Origin: Mytilus edulis
Lineage: Eukaryota
DNA: 64,000 nt
Direction: 5' to 3'
Assembly (NCBI RefSeq): GCF_963676685.1
Contig: NC_092347.1
Coordinates: forward strand, 70,804,001-70,868,000
Shown here piece by piece: positions 39,060 to 50,556 of this stretch. Position numbers and translations under genes: made by a program. The notes beneath the pieces are model-generated. The model was not told the origin of the DNA. It did no database searches and saw nothing but the letters and a program-made list of their open reading frames with translations. Every line of letters begins with the position of its first letter. Position 1 is the first letter of the stretch.

Positions 39060-39643
39060 AGGGGGACATTGCTGTAAAATTCATGGTCACTTATTTGATA
39101 AAAATTCTTATGTTTGATTTATAACATACAAAACCGTACACCCACATTACAATTATTTTGATATATCAGTTACCAAAGCATGTACTCGGCAAAAACAGAT
39201 CAGAATTTTGTATTTGAATCAAGACGCCATCCAATGAACTATATAAAATGACCTCCAAGGATTGATAAAGGTTTAAAAATAAATACGTTATCGCTTATAC
39301 CTGTATAAGAAAGATATTTTATTGATCTTTCAGCGATATGGTTTACATTTGTTTCACTTTCAATGTTGACATTTTTTTCATTTTGGTGGCTTAACACGAC
39401 CAATACATGTGCAACCGATCTGTTGGGTTAAATAGAGTGTCTCATATCTACGGATTTAACGAGATTGATATATTTACTTACAAATGTAGATTTCATCGTC
39501 GATGGTTCCTTGCTTATTTTGACAAAATGGAACTAAATTGATTGCGAAAAGTGAACATTTATTTCATTATGCCACGTTTTTTTATGATTGAAACAAAAAA
39601 AATCATATTCTAATTTGTTTCTTATTTCGTAGCTTATTCTCCT
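39060..39643. mobile_element. Kolobok-like MITE (diverged)
   Basis: TTAA|AGGGGGACATTGCT .. AGCTTATTCTCCT|TTAA imperfect TIRs. Confidence 0.45.
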
Positions 39644-41188
39644 TTAAAAATACATGACACGAAATATATTTACTTGTATTAATATTATTGACCCCAAGAT
39701 TTAGTAACGGTCAAGTGATTGTTAACACATGCTTGTGTTTATAATGAGCACATGATTTGAGTTTATGTCACATGGTTTTAAGTGTATATGCAACACATTA
39801 GATTCGTGTAAACATGATTAAGTATTAAGGGTTCGTTGAATACTTTGAAGTTGCTCGAAGTTTGTCTACCAGTTAATGTAGTAGAAGCTAGTAATGATGT
39901 TTACCAACCTGTTAATGTTGGTATACTATTATATAGATATATATTAATATGTATTGTTTTCCCTTTTGTAGATAGATATTGTTGATTGTATGTATACTTT
40001 ATATGCTGGTTGTTTTTTGCATGCCTCAATTTAGGAAATGAATATATTAAGATTTGTGTGGACCCTTTGGCAAAGATGATTGTTTTTTTCAACAAAAATT
40101 ACTTCAAGTCCTGACAATCCTGTGTATTTGCCAAAAAAAAAAAAAGGCATCAAGGTACTCAGTTTAAGTTTGTAACCCGGATTTGTTTTCTCCCAATCGG
40201 TTTATGACTTTCGAACAGCGGTATACTACTATTGGATTTATCTATTTTATGTTTTAGAAGATTAACAGGATTTTGCAGTGGACGCTTTTCTCATTCCTCC
40301 AGAAGTTGCTAAAGTAAACTTAGTTGGGAAAGAGGTTTTAGAACCTCCCATCAAGTTATAATTGAAGGGTCTTTCCATTGAGGGACCAGACAATAATCAG
40401 TGATTTAAACTATGTGCACGAGCCTGTACTTGAGTGGACAATACCAAGTAAAATTTACCAAACTTTTTTTATTCTAACATCTTCTACGACAAAAAAAGTG
40501 CACTGCAAAATCAAGTTAATCTTTTTTAAAACATACATTGCACTTAAATTTTAAATTCTAGGGCGTGATATGCAGATTTTTTTCTTCCAAAAAAAACTGT
40601 ATGGATTGCACAATTTACCGAAATGCTGCTACATATTAAGACACACATATCATATGCATGTATGTTTTGTTTATTAACTAACTTATATTCGTAAAAGCTT
40701 GTCGAATTAGAATATAAATTTTATAAATTACATTTCGTCAATGGCATGTACATAATTTTCCACATTAAAATACATACATATAAAAATAAGGAGATGTGGT
40801 ATGATTGCCAATGCGTAAGCTATCCACCAAAGTTCAATGAAGTGGACTTTAAGCAAGTATAGGCAACCCTACGGCCGTCAATAATGTGAAAACCGATACA
40901 GTTTAGTAGGCTTTAAAATGAATCGGTATTGATAGTATGATACAATTGAATTGAAAATACTAAATAACCTTGTTTATAACAAATAATTTACGAATGTATA
41001 TTTATTCATATTTTGTTATGTCATAACTCATTGCAGCATTAAAAAAACATATATATGTCGATTAGCAACAGAAAGCTTGAAGAAATACCACGTTCTTTGA
41101 ATTGTCAATCATTTTAAAACACCTTTATGTAATATTTTGCACACTTTATGCTCCAATTAGATAGAAATGAAGAAATGTTTATACTTAC

Positions 41189-41235
41189 CTAGTTTCTTGT
41201 TGAGGACACGATTCATTAACATTTGATGTAGCCAT
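41189..41235 (-). CDS. SULT copy B exon 1 (MATSNVNESCPQQET-R)
   Basis: ATG..ACTAG|gtaagt is a strong donor and phase 2 fits exon 2; no homology support from copies A or C. Confidence 0.6.
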
Positions 41236-42788
41236 CGTTATCTCTTTGTGGAACGAATCGAACGAAATGTTCCCTCCTTGTTTGACTTTCAATGATAATA
41301 TTTTCTTAAATAGTTGCACACACTTATATTGTAGTACATGTGTAACCCATATCTCCTCCTAAGTGGTAAAATTGAAGGTCACATGCACCTTGATTCACAT
41401 GAAGCTAAATTCCAATAACATTACCAATGTTAAAACATTAATCAATCAAAAAAAAAAAAAACCATTAAATTGAGATTAATAAATAACTTTGTTTATAAGA
41501 AATAATTTACGAATGTACATTTATTCAAGTTTTTTTTATGTCATAAATCATTGTAGCATAAAAACACCAAAGAATGTAACTTAACATTTACATGTCTATT
41601 AGCAACAGAAAGGTCGAAGAAAATTAGGTTTAATTGAAAGTCACATGAACATGGATTTACATGGAGTTAAATACCAATTACATTACTTATGTTTTGAGCT
41701 TGTTTTGACAAGCAAGACTTACTTCTTTTAACAAATTTGTTATTTCAAAATTTTGCTTTGATTAAAAAATGAAATAAAAAAGACTCATATTTTATTTATT
41801 TTTCTCTCAATTATACCTAATGCCTCTTAAACAAAAATTCCGTTAACGAATAATAAATTATGTAAGAAGCCATTGAATATGATTTGATTAGGGATAGGTT
41901 AAACTTTATACATATGACACTTGATTTAAATGAAACGAGAGTATTACTGTTATTTATTGATATTCATTGGTATTTGGCATCAAGTGTTAAAGTTGTGCGT
42001 TATAGCGAAGGAAATAAATCGTTCTAGCAAATCAATTTTCGGTTATTCCATTCAAAATATCTGAACTCTGTGAGAGGCCATGGAAATATAAAATAGTCAT
42101 GGAAAACATTGCTCATCGAGAACATTTTGATCCTATAGGTTAAAAAAATGTCATTCCGTTTTCAATTTGCTTAAAGCTCGATATTTTGTTATTTATTGGT
42201 TTTTAAAAGCCCGGGGTCACAAAAATTTGTAGAAATTTAGCAAGATATTAACAAAGCTCTTTCCGATATAAAGATTTAAGAAATCGGTTGCTGTGTTAAA
42301 TGAAACAAGAATATGTCCATATTACACGATGCCCAACTCAGTTTATCAGTTTCTTTGTTCAATAGACCATGTAATGAGGGTCAAAACACTAATTTGGCAT
42401 TAAAATAAGAATAATCATAGCAAAGGGAACACGTGATCTAAGTTTAAGGTTGATTATATTTCAACTTCATCAAAAATCAATTGTACTAATTTTCTTTAGT
42501 TTCGTATGACTAGATCACCTCTTTCTGAGTTACAATGCTAGCTATACGAAAAAAAAATCGAAATGGGTTGGATAGAATTTTTTTTCTAACTTTTGGGTCA
42601 AATTACTAAAGATTTAGCTCTTTCGAAGAAATATATTTTGAGAGTTGTGTTTTGAGAAAGCTACAAATTTCAAAAAGATTACAAATTAAGAAAAAAAAAA
42701 CCCAGCTTTTAAAGATTTCATGCAATGAAGAACACTTTACGATTAATTTTTATAAGATTACTTTTAAAAATCAGTTGCAGTCCGTTAA

Positions 42789-43132
42789 GGATGTACTTAG
42801 GTGATCTGAGGTTAAATTATATAAATCAAGAATTTACAATTGATCCTTTAAGCTAGAAGAGTATTAGTTAATAATCAAAACAAACTAAAAATATTATAGG
42901 TCATGGAGCTCCTTTTTGAGATATTTGATTTATAAAATATGGTGGGAAAAGGCTGACTCTGACTTTTACCTTATATTTGGATTGGTATTATTTTAGTCTC
43001 AAATCAAAAGTAAGTCTTACGTTAAAAGATAAACATGTGTTATTGGGCAAATATTTTACCTTGTATCGTATGAAAAAACACAAAGGTTTCCGAATATTTG
43101 ACACTTATTCAGAACCTCGCCTAAGTATATCC
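42789..43132. mobile_element. TTAA-target MITE (Kolobok-like)
   Basis: TIRs GGATGTACTTAGGTGA / TCGCCTAAGTATATCC; flanks TTAA and TTGA. Confidence 0.6.
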
Positions 43133-45536
43133 TTGATGAACATTTCTCTACTTCCCGTGAGACTATATTGATATACTAGAGAAAAAAAATCAACAAATAA
43201 TAAAGTGAGTGGATCTGCTAAAAAGAACATCCGGCTTTTGGATTGCCAGTTTTGAAAAAGGGAAAATATTGGATATAGACAGAAATAAAGTCTTGTTTCT
43301 ACAAGCGATCCCATAGAAGAGTTATTTCTAAGCTAAGCGAACCCAAGGCGTCGGATTAATATGTTTCCCGCTGTGATCAGACAGTAATCATATCCTATAT
43401 AGCCAAAGGAACAACTCCATTGCTATTGGATTTACATCCAATAAATAAGTTAAGTTGGCATATTTACTCACCTAATTCTCGATTGCAGTCAATGATGATA
43501 CCACCTTTATTTTCCTTATAAGTCTATTCAAAACGTGTGCACAACTTATCTTTGCTTCAAATAAAGAAATACTTTAAATGACTTGAAAAAGTTTTATTCT
43601 GTGAAGTACTGAAACATGTTTAACCTGCAAGATGTCAATACATACAAGATTAACTATCCCTGGAAGTTAACCAATCAAGTTTTCGCCCCTTTTTTCCTGT
43701 TTATAAGCCCAAAGACCCATGTAACCCCAAGCTTCTAAAATATTTTAAGAGATATGTCTATGACTCAACAATGAGTAAAATCCATTCATCACAGTTAGCC
43801 TTTTAAGTCTCTAAAATGTAAAATGTTAACAATTCAAACAAAAAAAATCATATACAAACAATATACGAAGAACATATACATAAAGATATTATACAGAGCA
43901 AAAACCGAAAACCGCCGAATGACCGATTTCCAAAAGGCATATGGCAGGGTTAAACCTGTTTTTGGCGACCCCTCCTAAAATGGGGACGGTAGTGCTACAG
44001 TGTACAACATAAAAATAAACTATCAAAATTGATTAAATTATTCTGAAGGGCTTAACTCATAAGTTCGTCACAAAGCACCAACAAAACTGACATAAAGCAC
44101 AAACGACACATAATATTTTATGTATGAGAGTACTCGCAGCTTGTTGAATGTCAATAATAACTAATAAAAAAATATATATAAGGCTACGATATCAATCACA
44201 TACAACACCCAATGGATTTAGTTAAAGACGTCATTGACAGTAAAAACAAAATGACCCTGTGTAAACCAAAATATAGGTTTTACTTAATTGATAACAAAAG
44301 GAATATGTATCCAAAAACATCTTATTACAGTGTTAATTGGTAATTACGTTTTTAAATAAGTTTATTTAAAAGGATCGATCAGTTTAGCATCTGGATCGTA
44401 TGTTCATTTCTGGGCTCGGCAAAAAAGATCACCATAAAATATTAAGCAGGGAAATTCTCATGGCTTGAGAAATATTAAGACACATATATGGATTGACTGA
44501 TGGCACATTAAATTAGATTATACTTTGACTTCTACCTTCCGGAAACGAGTGCCAAATATAGGCATCTGTTTGACTGTGTTTACTGTGTTGGATGAATAAA
44601 TACAAAGCCACGTCCGGTCAGATTTGAAACGTTGCATCTGATACATTGTTTAGGCTGGGTTTCACCCTTTGTTATACTAAGAAACTGTTGCAGCAAAAGG
44701 ATTGTTATTGTACCAAGTCAGGAAAATGGCCATTGTTATAGTACCAAGTCAGGAAAATGGCCATCATTATATTATAGTTCTTTTCTGTATGTGTTACATT
44801 TTAATGTTGTGTTTCTGTTGTGTCGTAGTTCTCCTCTTATATTTGACGTGTTTCCCTCAGTTTTAGTTTGTAATCAGCATTTGTTTTTTTCTCAATCGAA
44901 ATATGAATGTTGAACAACGGTATACTACTGTTGCGCTTATTTACAGGTGGAAAAAAACTGTCTACCTCGCATATTTCATTGACAGTAAACGGTCTCGCCA
45001 TTCAACCTGATCTTCCTACATCGCAGGATTTACTTTATTTGTTGTTTTACAAAATGTAATTGTTAAATTTTATTAAACCTAAGTATGACTCAAAGATATG
45101 CCTCTGGGATTTTAAGCAATCAATAATCTTTTAAACAATCAAATAAAAAAGGTACTTATCGAAAAAAAATTAACTGAGGGAATTATAATCACCACTTAAA
45201 ATGTGTTTGTACAGATTCGATGATGCCTAAGATGAAGATCAATTATGTTTTGTAACTTTCATCGTTTAGGAAATTTGCCAAAATGTATACATAGATTATC
45301 ACTTAATTATATGTGAAGTTATTATCCTAATTTGAGTAACGGAACATGTCAGCAGGAAGAGAATTATAGTTGTTTCACATAGGAATTAGGAACTAACTGT
45401 AATTTATTTTAAGCTTGGACTTTTAGATTTTACTGTTTAAAATTGAGTATTCCTAGCGACGCGTAGCAGAGCTAGGTAAACGGATATTTGCGACAGCAAA
45501 ATCAAGTTTTACGAAAACCAAGCTTAAATTACAATG

Positions 45537-45744
45537 CTGTGGATTCTTTAATATTCTTTGGATACCAATTTTAGCGGATTTCGTGGATAAAGGAAAACCA
45601 CAAATTTATGTGTTCAACGAATTGCCAATTATCTAAAGGAATAAGTGAAGAGTTTGCAAAAACCACGAAATTAAATATCCACGAAATTGCAAGTTTTCCT
45701 AAAACCCCGAAAATTGGTACCCACGAAAATAAATGAATCCACAG
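45537..45744. mobile_element. Mariner-like MITE (~208 bp)
   Basis: TIRs CTGTGGATTC / GAATCCACAG; same family as 63410-63617. Confidence 0.7.
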
Positions 45745-45909
45745 TACAATTATCTCCATTCTAATGAAGCATATACAAATAAATACAATTTGATAAATAT
45801 TTTGACATAAAATGACATAAATGCAAAAGTCCGCGAAACTGTTGCATGGTCTTTAGCAACTAAACAATGTGGTGTCATATGTATACTCACGATGACATTG
45901 AACGTATTC

Positions 45910-47821
45910 ATAAAAGAGGGACGAAAGATACCAGAGGGATAGTCAAACTCACAAATCGAAAACAAACAGACAAACAATAGTACACATGACACAGCATATA
46001 TAACACTGAAGAATAAGCAACACGAACCCCACAAAAAACTGGGGGTGGTCTCAGGTTCTTCGGAAGGGTACTGCTCGTCATGTAGCACCAGTCGTGTTGC
46101 TTAAGTTATAACAAATCCGGTAAAGGGTCTTATTCGGTAGGTTATATTTATGAAAGGGAAGGGGATTGCAGTTACGACGTAAGGAACTTTTCCGATATCA
46201 TCTGTGAAACGGTTATTCCATAACGGTCAACTAACTCGTGGTGGCGTCCGTAAAATTTACGAAGGAGTGATTTTAACTTCATCATTTGGAACTCTTGGTT
46301 TAATAACTTCCTTGTTAGCAGTAACCCTTTATCGAGAAAGGTATGATAGGAAATAAAAGCACTGGAATATCGTATCAATTGGGAAATATATACTCCATAT
46401 GCAGGTGCTGCTGAAATGTGTTTCACTTGGAAACGGAAAGTTCACAATTGGAAAGCTGAAATCATCTCTTTTGTCGTAAAGTTTTGTTTTCACCCGACCC
46501 TCATTGTCAATTTCTAGATGTAAGTCAAGATATGAGGCTGACTTAAATGTATCCTTGTGCCCTTTATCTCGAGTTCGATTAGATAGATGCGTTCAACATA
46601 GTCACCAAATTTTGAATTATTTAGTGAGAGAACATCATTTATATAGATAAACTCATCATAGATACCAGGACTAAGTTTTATATATATGCCAAACGCGCGT
46701 TTCGTCTACAAAAGACTCATCAATGACGCTCGAATCCAAAAAAGTTTAAAAAAAAAAAAAACCAACCAAATAAAGTACGAAGTTGAAGAGCATTGAGATC
46801 CAAAATTCCTAAAAGTGTTGCCAAATACAGCTAAAGTAATCTATGCCTGAGGTAGAAAAGCCTTAGTATTTCAAAAAATTCAAAATTTTGTAAACGGATA
46901 GCGGATAGTAAATTTAAATGATATTGCTAACTTCTTATCTTTCTTCCTAAGAAGTTCCTGTATGAAAATAGCCTTATAATAACAAAGAAACAAGTCGGCA
47001 AGAAGAGGGGCACAATTGGTTCCCATTCGAATGCCAACCGTCTGTTGAAAAACACGTCCTCCGATCGTAACAAATATGTCAGTCAAGAAATCAAGCATCT
47101 TGATAATGTCAGATTCAGAGAATTTTTTGTTTGAACCAGAGTGATCCTTTACAAAGTAGGATTTACACCTCCCTAAGACAAGATACTTGTATTTACGTTG
47201 GACATTTTTTTTTTATGAAACAAAGCAATACCAACTCTTTCAATTTGTCTTTTAGTTTGGAATGTGGAATACTTGTGTAAAATGTCGAAAAGTCAAATGC
47301 TTTATTACTATTGCAAGATAAAAGAGAGTTAGATTGTATGTACTCTAAAAGGTCTTTGTAATTTTTTATTATCCACATCCGATTCACGCCACCTGTAGAA
47401 TACGCAGTTTCACAATAACTTTATCCCAGCTTTGATTGCTGATGAAATAGATGTAAATAATTTAGAAAGAGGTTTAGTGGAGCACTTGGAAGACCCAGCT
47501 ATATACCGTTGAATAAAGTTTATGTATCCAATACAGTGAGGGAAGATACAGTTTTTCATCTTCGGTTGAAATTCCGAAGAAACATACACCTATGATTATC
47601 TAGGATTTCCTTTTTGGTAAGTGTCGTGAGGGTATATGTTGAGTTTAAAAGTGAATTCTAAATACCTAATTCGTTTATCAAGCAGTTAATGTAATGAGTT
47701 TTAAACACAAAAACGATGTTGGTTTGGACTTTATCTGCAGGGACAACAACATATTTGTCATGGAGGTCGGTTAAGTGTTTTGCAACATTTGGGTCGTTAA
47801 GGATTGACGTAGCATGGGCAT
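45910..47821 (-). mobile_element. Decayed Penelope-like RT element
   Basis: VVPADK, FDFSTFYTSIPH, QQTVGIRMGTNCAPLLADLFL, RY/INDV, LRQKRDDF-like and APAYGVYISQLIRY motifs across frameshifted ORFs. Confidence 0.8.
46647..46897 (-). mobile_element. Retrozyme-like fragment inserted in the RT catalytic motif of the Penelope-like element
   Basis: Minus strand reads gagcgtca-tTGATGA-gtct.tttgt.agac-GAAA-cgcgcg-Tt-tggcat; ATAG is duplicated at the junctions. Confidence 0.8.
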
Positions 47822-48902
47822 GGTTTCAACGTAGACAACAAGAAGATTTGGAGGCTCAAAATGTGCGTTTCGTGTTTATTTTATAAGGAGAGATAACATA
47901 CCAAGAAAAATCGGATTTCAAAATAGCGGCTTCCTTAGTTACGGACTGGTAAAAAAAAGTGTTTGTCAACGTGCAATGAAAATTATCGTTACAAACGAAT
48001 TGCATTAGAATGTTGATTAAACAATTGGAACAGGTGGACACAAGTTCAACAAATAAAACGGATGTTGTGTCAATAAAATCAACCGAAAATTGGTTCTGGA
48101 ATGACCAGGAAAGACTAAAATCTCATAAACCTATATAAGGCTCGCATAGATCCTAAAATCACGATAATGTTTAATGTAAGAGTCATTACCAATACCGAGA
48201 AATGCAAATAGTCAATGACAAATAATTCTGGGATTTTTGATATTACGTAACTTTCAGCATTTTCACTCCTTCCCGCTATTCCCTAAATTATCGCCATCTT
48301 ACTTTCGTTTCTCTCTTCCTGACAACTACTAGTTTACAATCAGTACAACGGTATTCCGGGCCAGACGGAGACATCGGAATAGTAGATTAACTCGAAGTGG
48401 GATATTGTGCAGCAAAGGCAAATGCACCAGCGACTTTAGACATGTCCTTATCTACGCTATCTTGAACCATCAGTGAAGATCCAACCTGATACATTTTACA
48501 CAAAAGAGGACAGTTAAATATAAAAAAAGTTATACTATTAGACTGATCAGAACAATGGAAGTATAGAAGTATTATGTAGCCACACTGTTTCCAACGATCT
48601 GTTACAGACCGATACATTCTATCAGGTACAAAAGCAACTGCGCGAACACGCAAGGAGTTCATAACTAGATTAGTCAATGTATCTTGGACCCATGTTTTAT
48701 CCACCAATTTCTACATAAAAAAGGTCTGTACCAAGTCATAAATATTGTCCATTCGTTTGATGTGTTTGAACTTTTGATTTTACCATTTGCTTAGGGAAAT
48801 TCCATTTATAATTTTTCTCAGAGTTTGGTACTTTTTGTTATTTTTGTTTTTGTGTTCTTACTAGACAAAATCTAGTTTATATGTACAGTGTAATCAATCT
48901 TA

Positions 48903-50124
48903 GGCCGCGTTCACACCAAATGCTATGTACAGTAAACATATTTACAATTAGTTTAATGTAATATACACTGGTTTCACATTAAATTTGTTCACATCTATAC
49001 ACCTTGTTTAACTACCTGTACATAAGATTTGTTCACACTTGTAAACTATATGTCATTTAAATGTTTATTACGTAGAACCGAATGAAAAATTTTTAGAAAC
49101 TTTTTAGCAGTTAGGAAACGACCATTTGACCCAGAAATGAGGGTGGGGGTGATGGACTTTTCTTTGAAAAATATTCTGATCCCCAATTTGATAAGAAAAA
49201 TTGTTATGGTCATACAGATGATTGACAAAAAATATTCTTAATCCAGAGCTTCCCCATACATTATAGTGTTAAATATAAAAAAAATATTTGATTGCTAGCA
49301 TCGAAAAAAAACCGGAATAAAAACGTAAAATCGTTCCCGCGAAAAAAGTCTGACTTAGAACCCCCCCGGCCCCCCTCTCCCACTTTTAAGGGTAAGTGGT
49401 TGCTCCTTTATGAAAGCCATTTTGATGATTTGCATTAGAGTAAAGATACTAAAGATGTCTCGGTTACGCATTAGAAAACGTACGCTGCATCAGCGTGCTT
49501 ACAGACGAAGAAAAAGGATTGAGATGTTGAGGATCACTATAGTGCTATCTTTTCTGTTGGTTTCTTTTTCTTTTGTTGGTATTTTTTCTCCAAGGAGTAT
49601 TTGGCAAAAAGAGGGAGTAACTTTTTTTTTATATTTCTAAGTGTATCTTAACGGATCTGAGATACTACACAAATAAATCAATTTACCATCCAACTTATTT
49701 TAGTAATGCATTAATTAGTGAATCGTTGTTTGAGTAAAGACCAGTGGCAAATGTTTCCGTGTACGTCCAGTCGATTCGGGGAGACATTTTCAAATGAATT
49801 ATTTGTTCGGAAATGATGATGCTTTGAGTCTTAATGAGGGGTTAATAAAGCTACGTTAAGTATTTTTTATAATAACTAAATGTATCAAGTTTATACAAAT
49901 TTTATTTAGAGAACTTTATCAATAATTGTTATAAATATCAATTTATTCAAAAATAGTTTCTTCTTTAAATATACATATGGTAAACTTAATGTTCTAAATG
50001 CCTAGTGTTGTGTACACAAGTCCTACATTGAATATCGACTACATGTAGACAAAACATGATTTAAACTACATCTAAACATTGATAACACAACACCGAGTTT
50101 AGTTAGATCAATGTGAACACGGCC
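48903..50124. mobile_element. PIF/Harbinger-like non-autonomous element
   Basis: TIRs GGCCGCGTTCACA / TGTGAACACGGCC with TTA TSD; contains a nested MITE-like piece at ~49112-49408. Confidence 0.75.
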
Positions 50125-50443
50125 TTATTCATTTTATTTATTAAATCTAAGTATTTCAATGAGAAGCCTCCTGTTCTACTGACTGAAAGTATTTAAATAC
50201 AGATATAAACCACTCAAGATCTAGAATAAACTCCTTGCAGAAAGAAGAAAAAACAGCGTATACAACATTGAGCATATCCAATCTTCTTGGTTAAACATTC
50301 GCTTTACTGCATGATTTGAAAATTGTTGACAAACAATATGTAAATCAAATCGATAAAAAGATTGAAAGTTGCGACCATATGTCGTATCGCAAATGCCACA
50401 ATCTACACTCAAAGTTTATAACACGCATTCAAACACCAGTTAA

Positions 50444-50556
50444 TTAAGCATTATATGTGAATTGAACATCGCATCCTTTCATTTCTTGCTCATACATTTG
50501 GTCAAATTTTTCATTCTGTGCTACTGTAAACAAGTTTTTCCAGTCTCCAATTATTC
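50444..50556 (-). CDS. SULT copy A exon 6 (terminal)
   Basis: GIIGDWKNLFTVAQNEKFDQMYEQEMKGCDVQFTYNA*. Confidence 0.9.

Larger units (their letters stand above)
30431..41235 (-). pseudogene. Cytosolic sulfotransferase (SULT1-like), copy B; complete 6-exon structure with a premature TAG in exon 4 (null allele or recent pseudogene)
   Basis: Exons 41235-41189, 38248-38094, 36243-35923, 35629-35526, 34343-34175 and 30543-30431 (909 nt). In-frame TAG at 35576-35574 (codon 193). Intron 5 has a GC donor (AAAG|gcaagt). All SULT motifs are otherwise present. Confidence 0.82.

Noticed and set aside
48387-48710. 106-aa minus-strand ORF with a possible splice acceptor
   Set aside because: No recognisable domain, no partner exons, and alternative frames contain stops; not supportable without a homology search.
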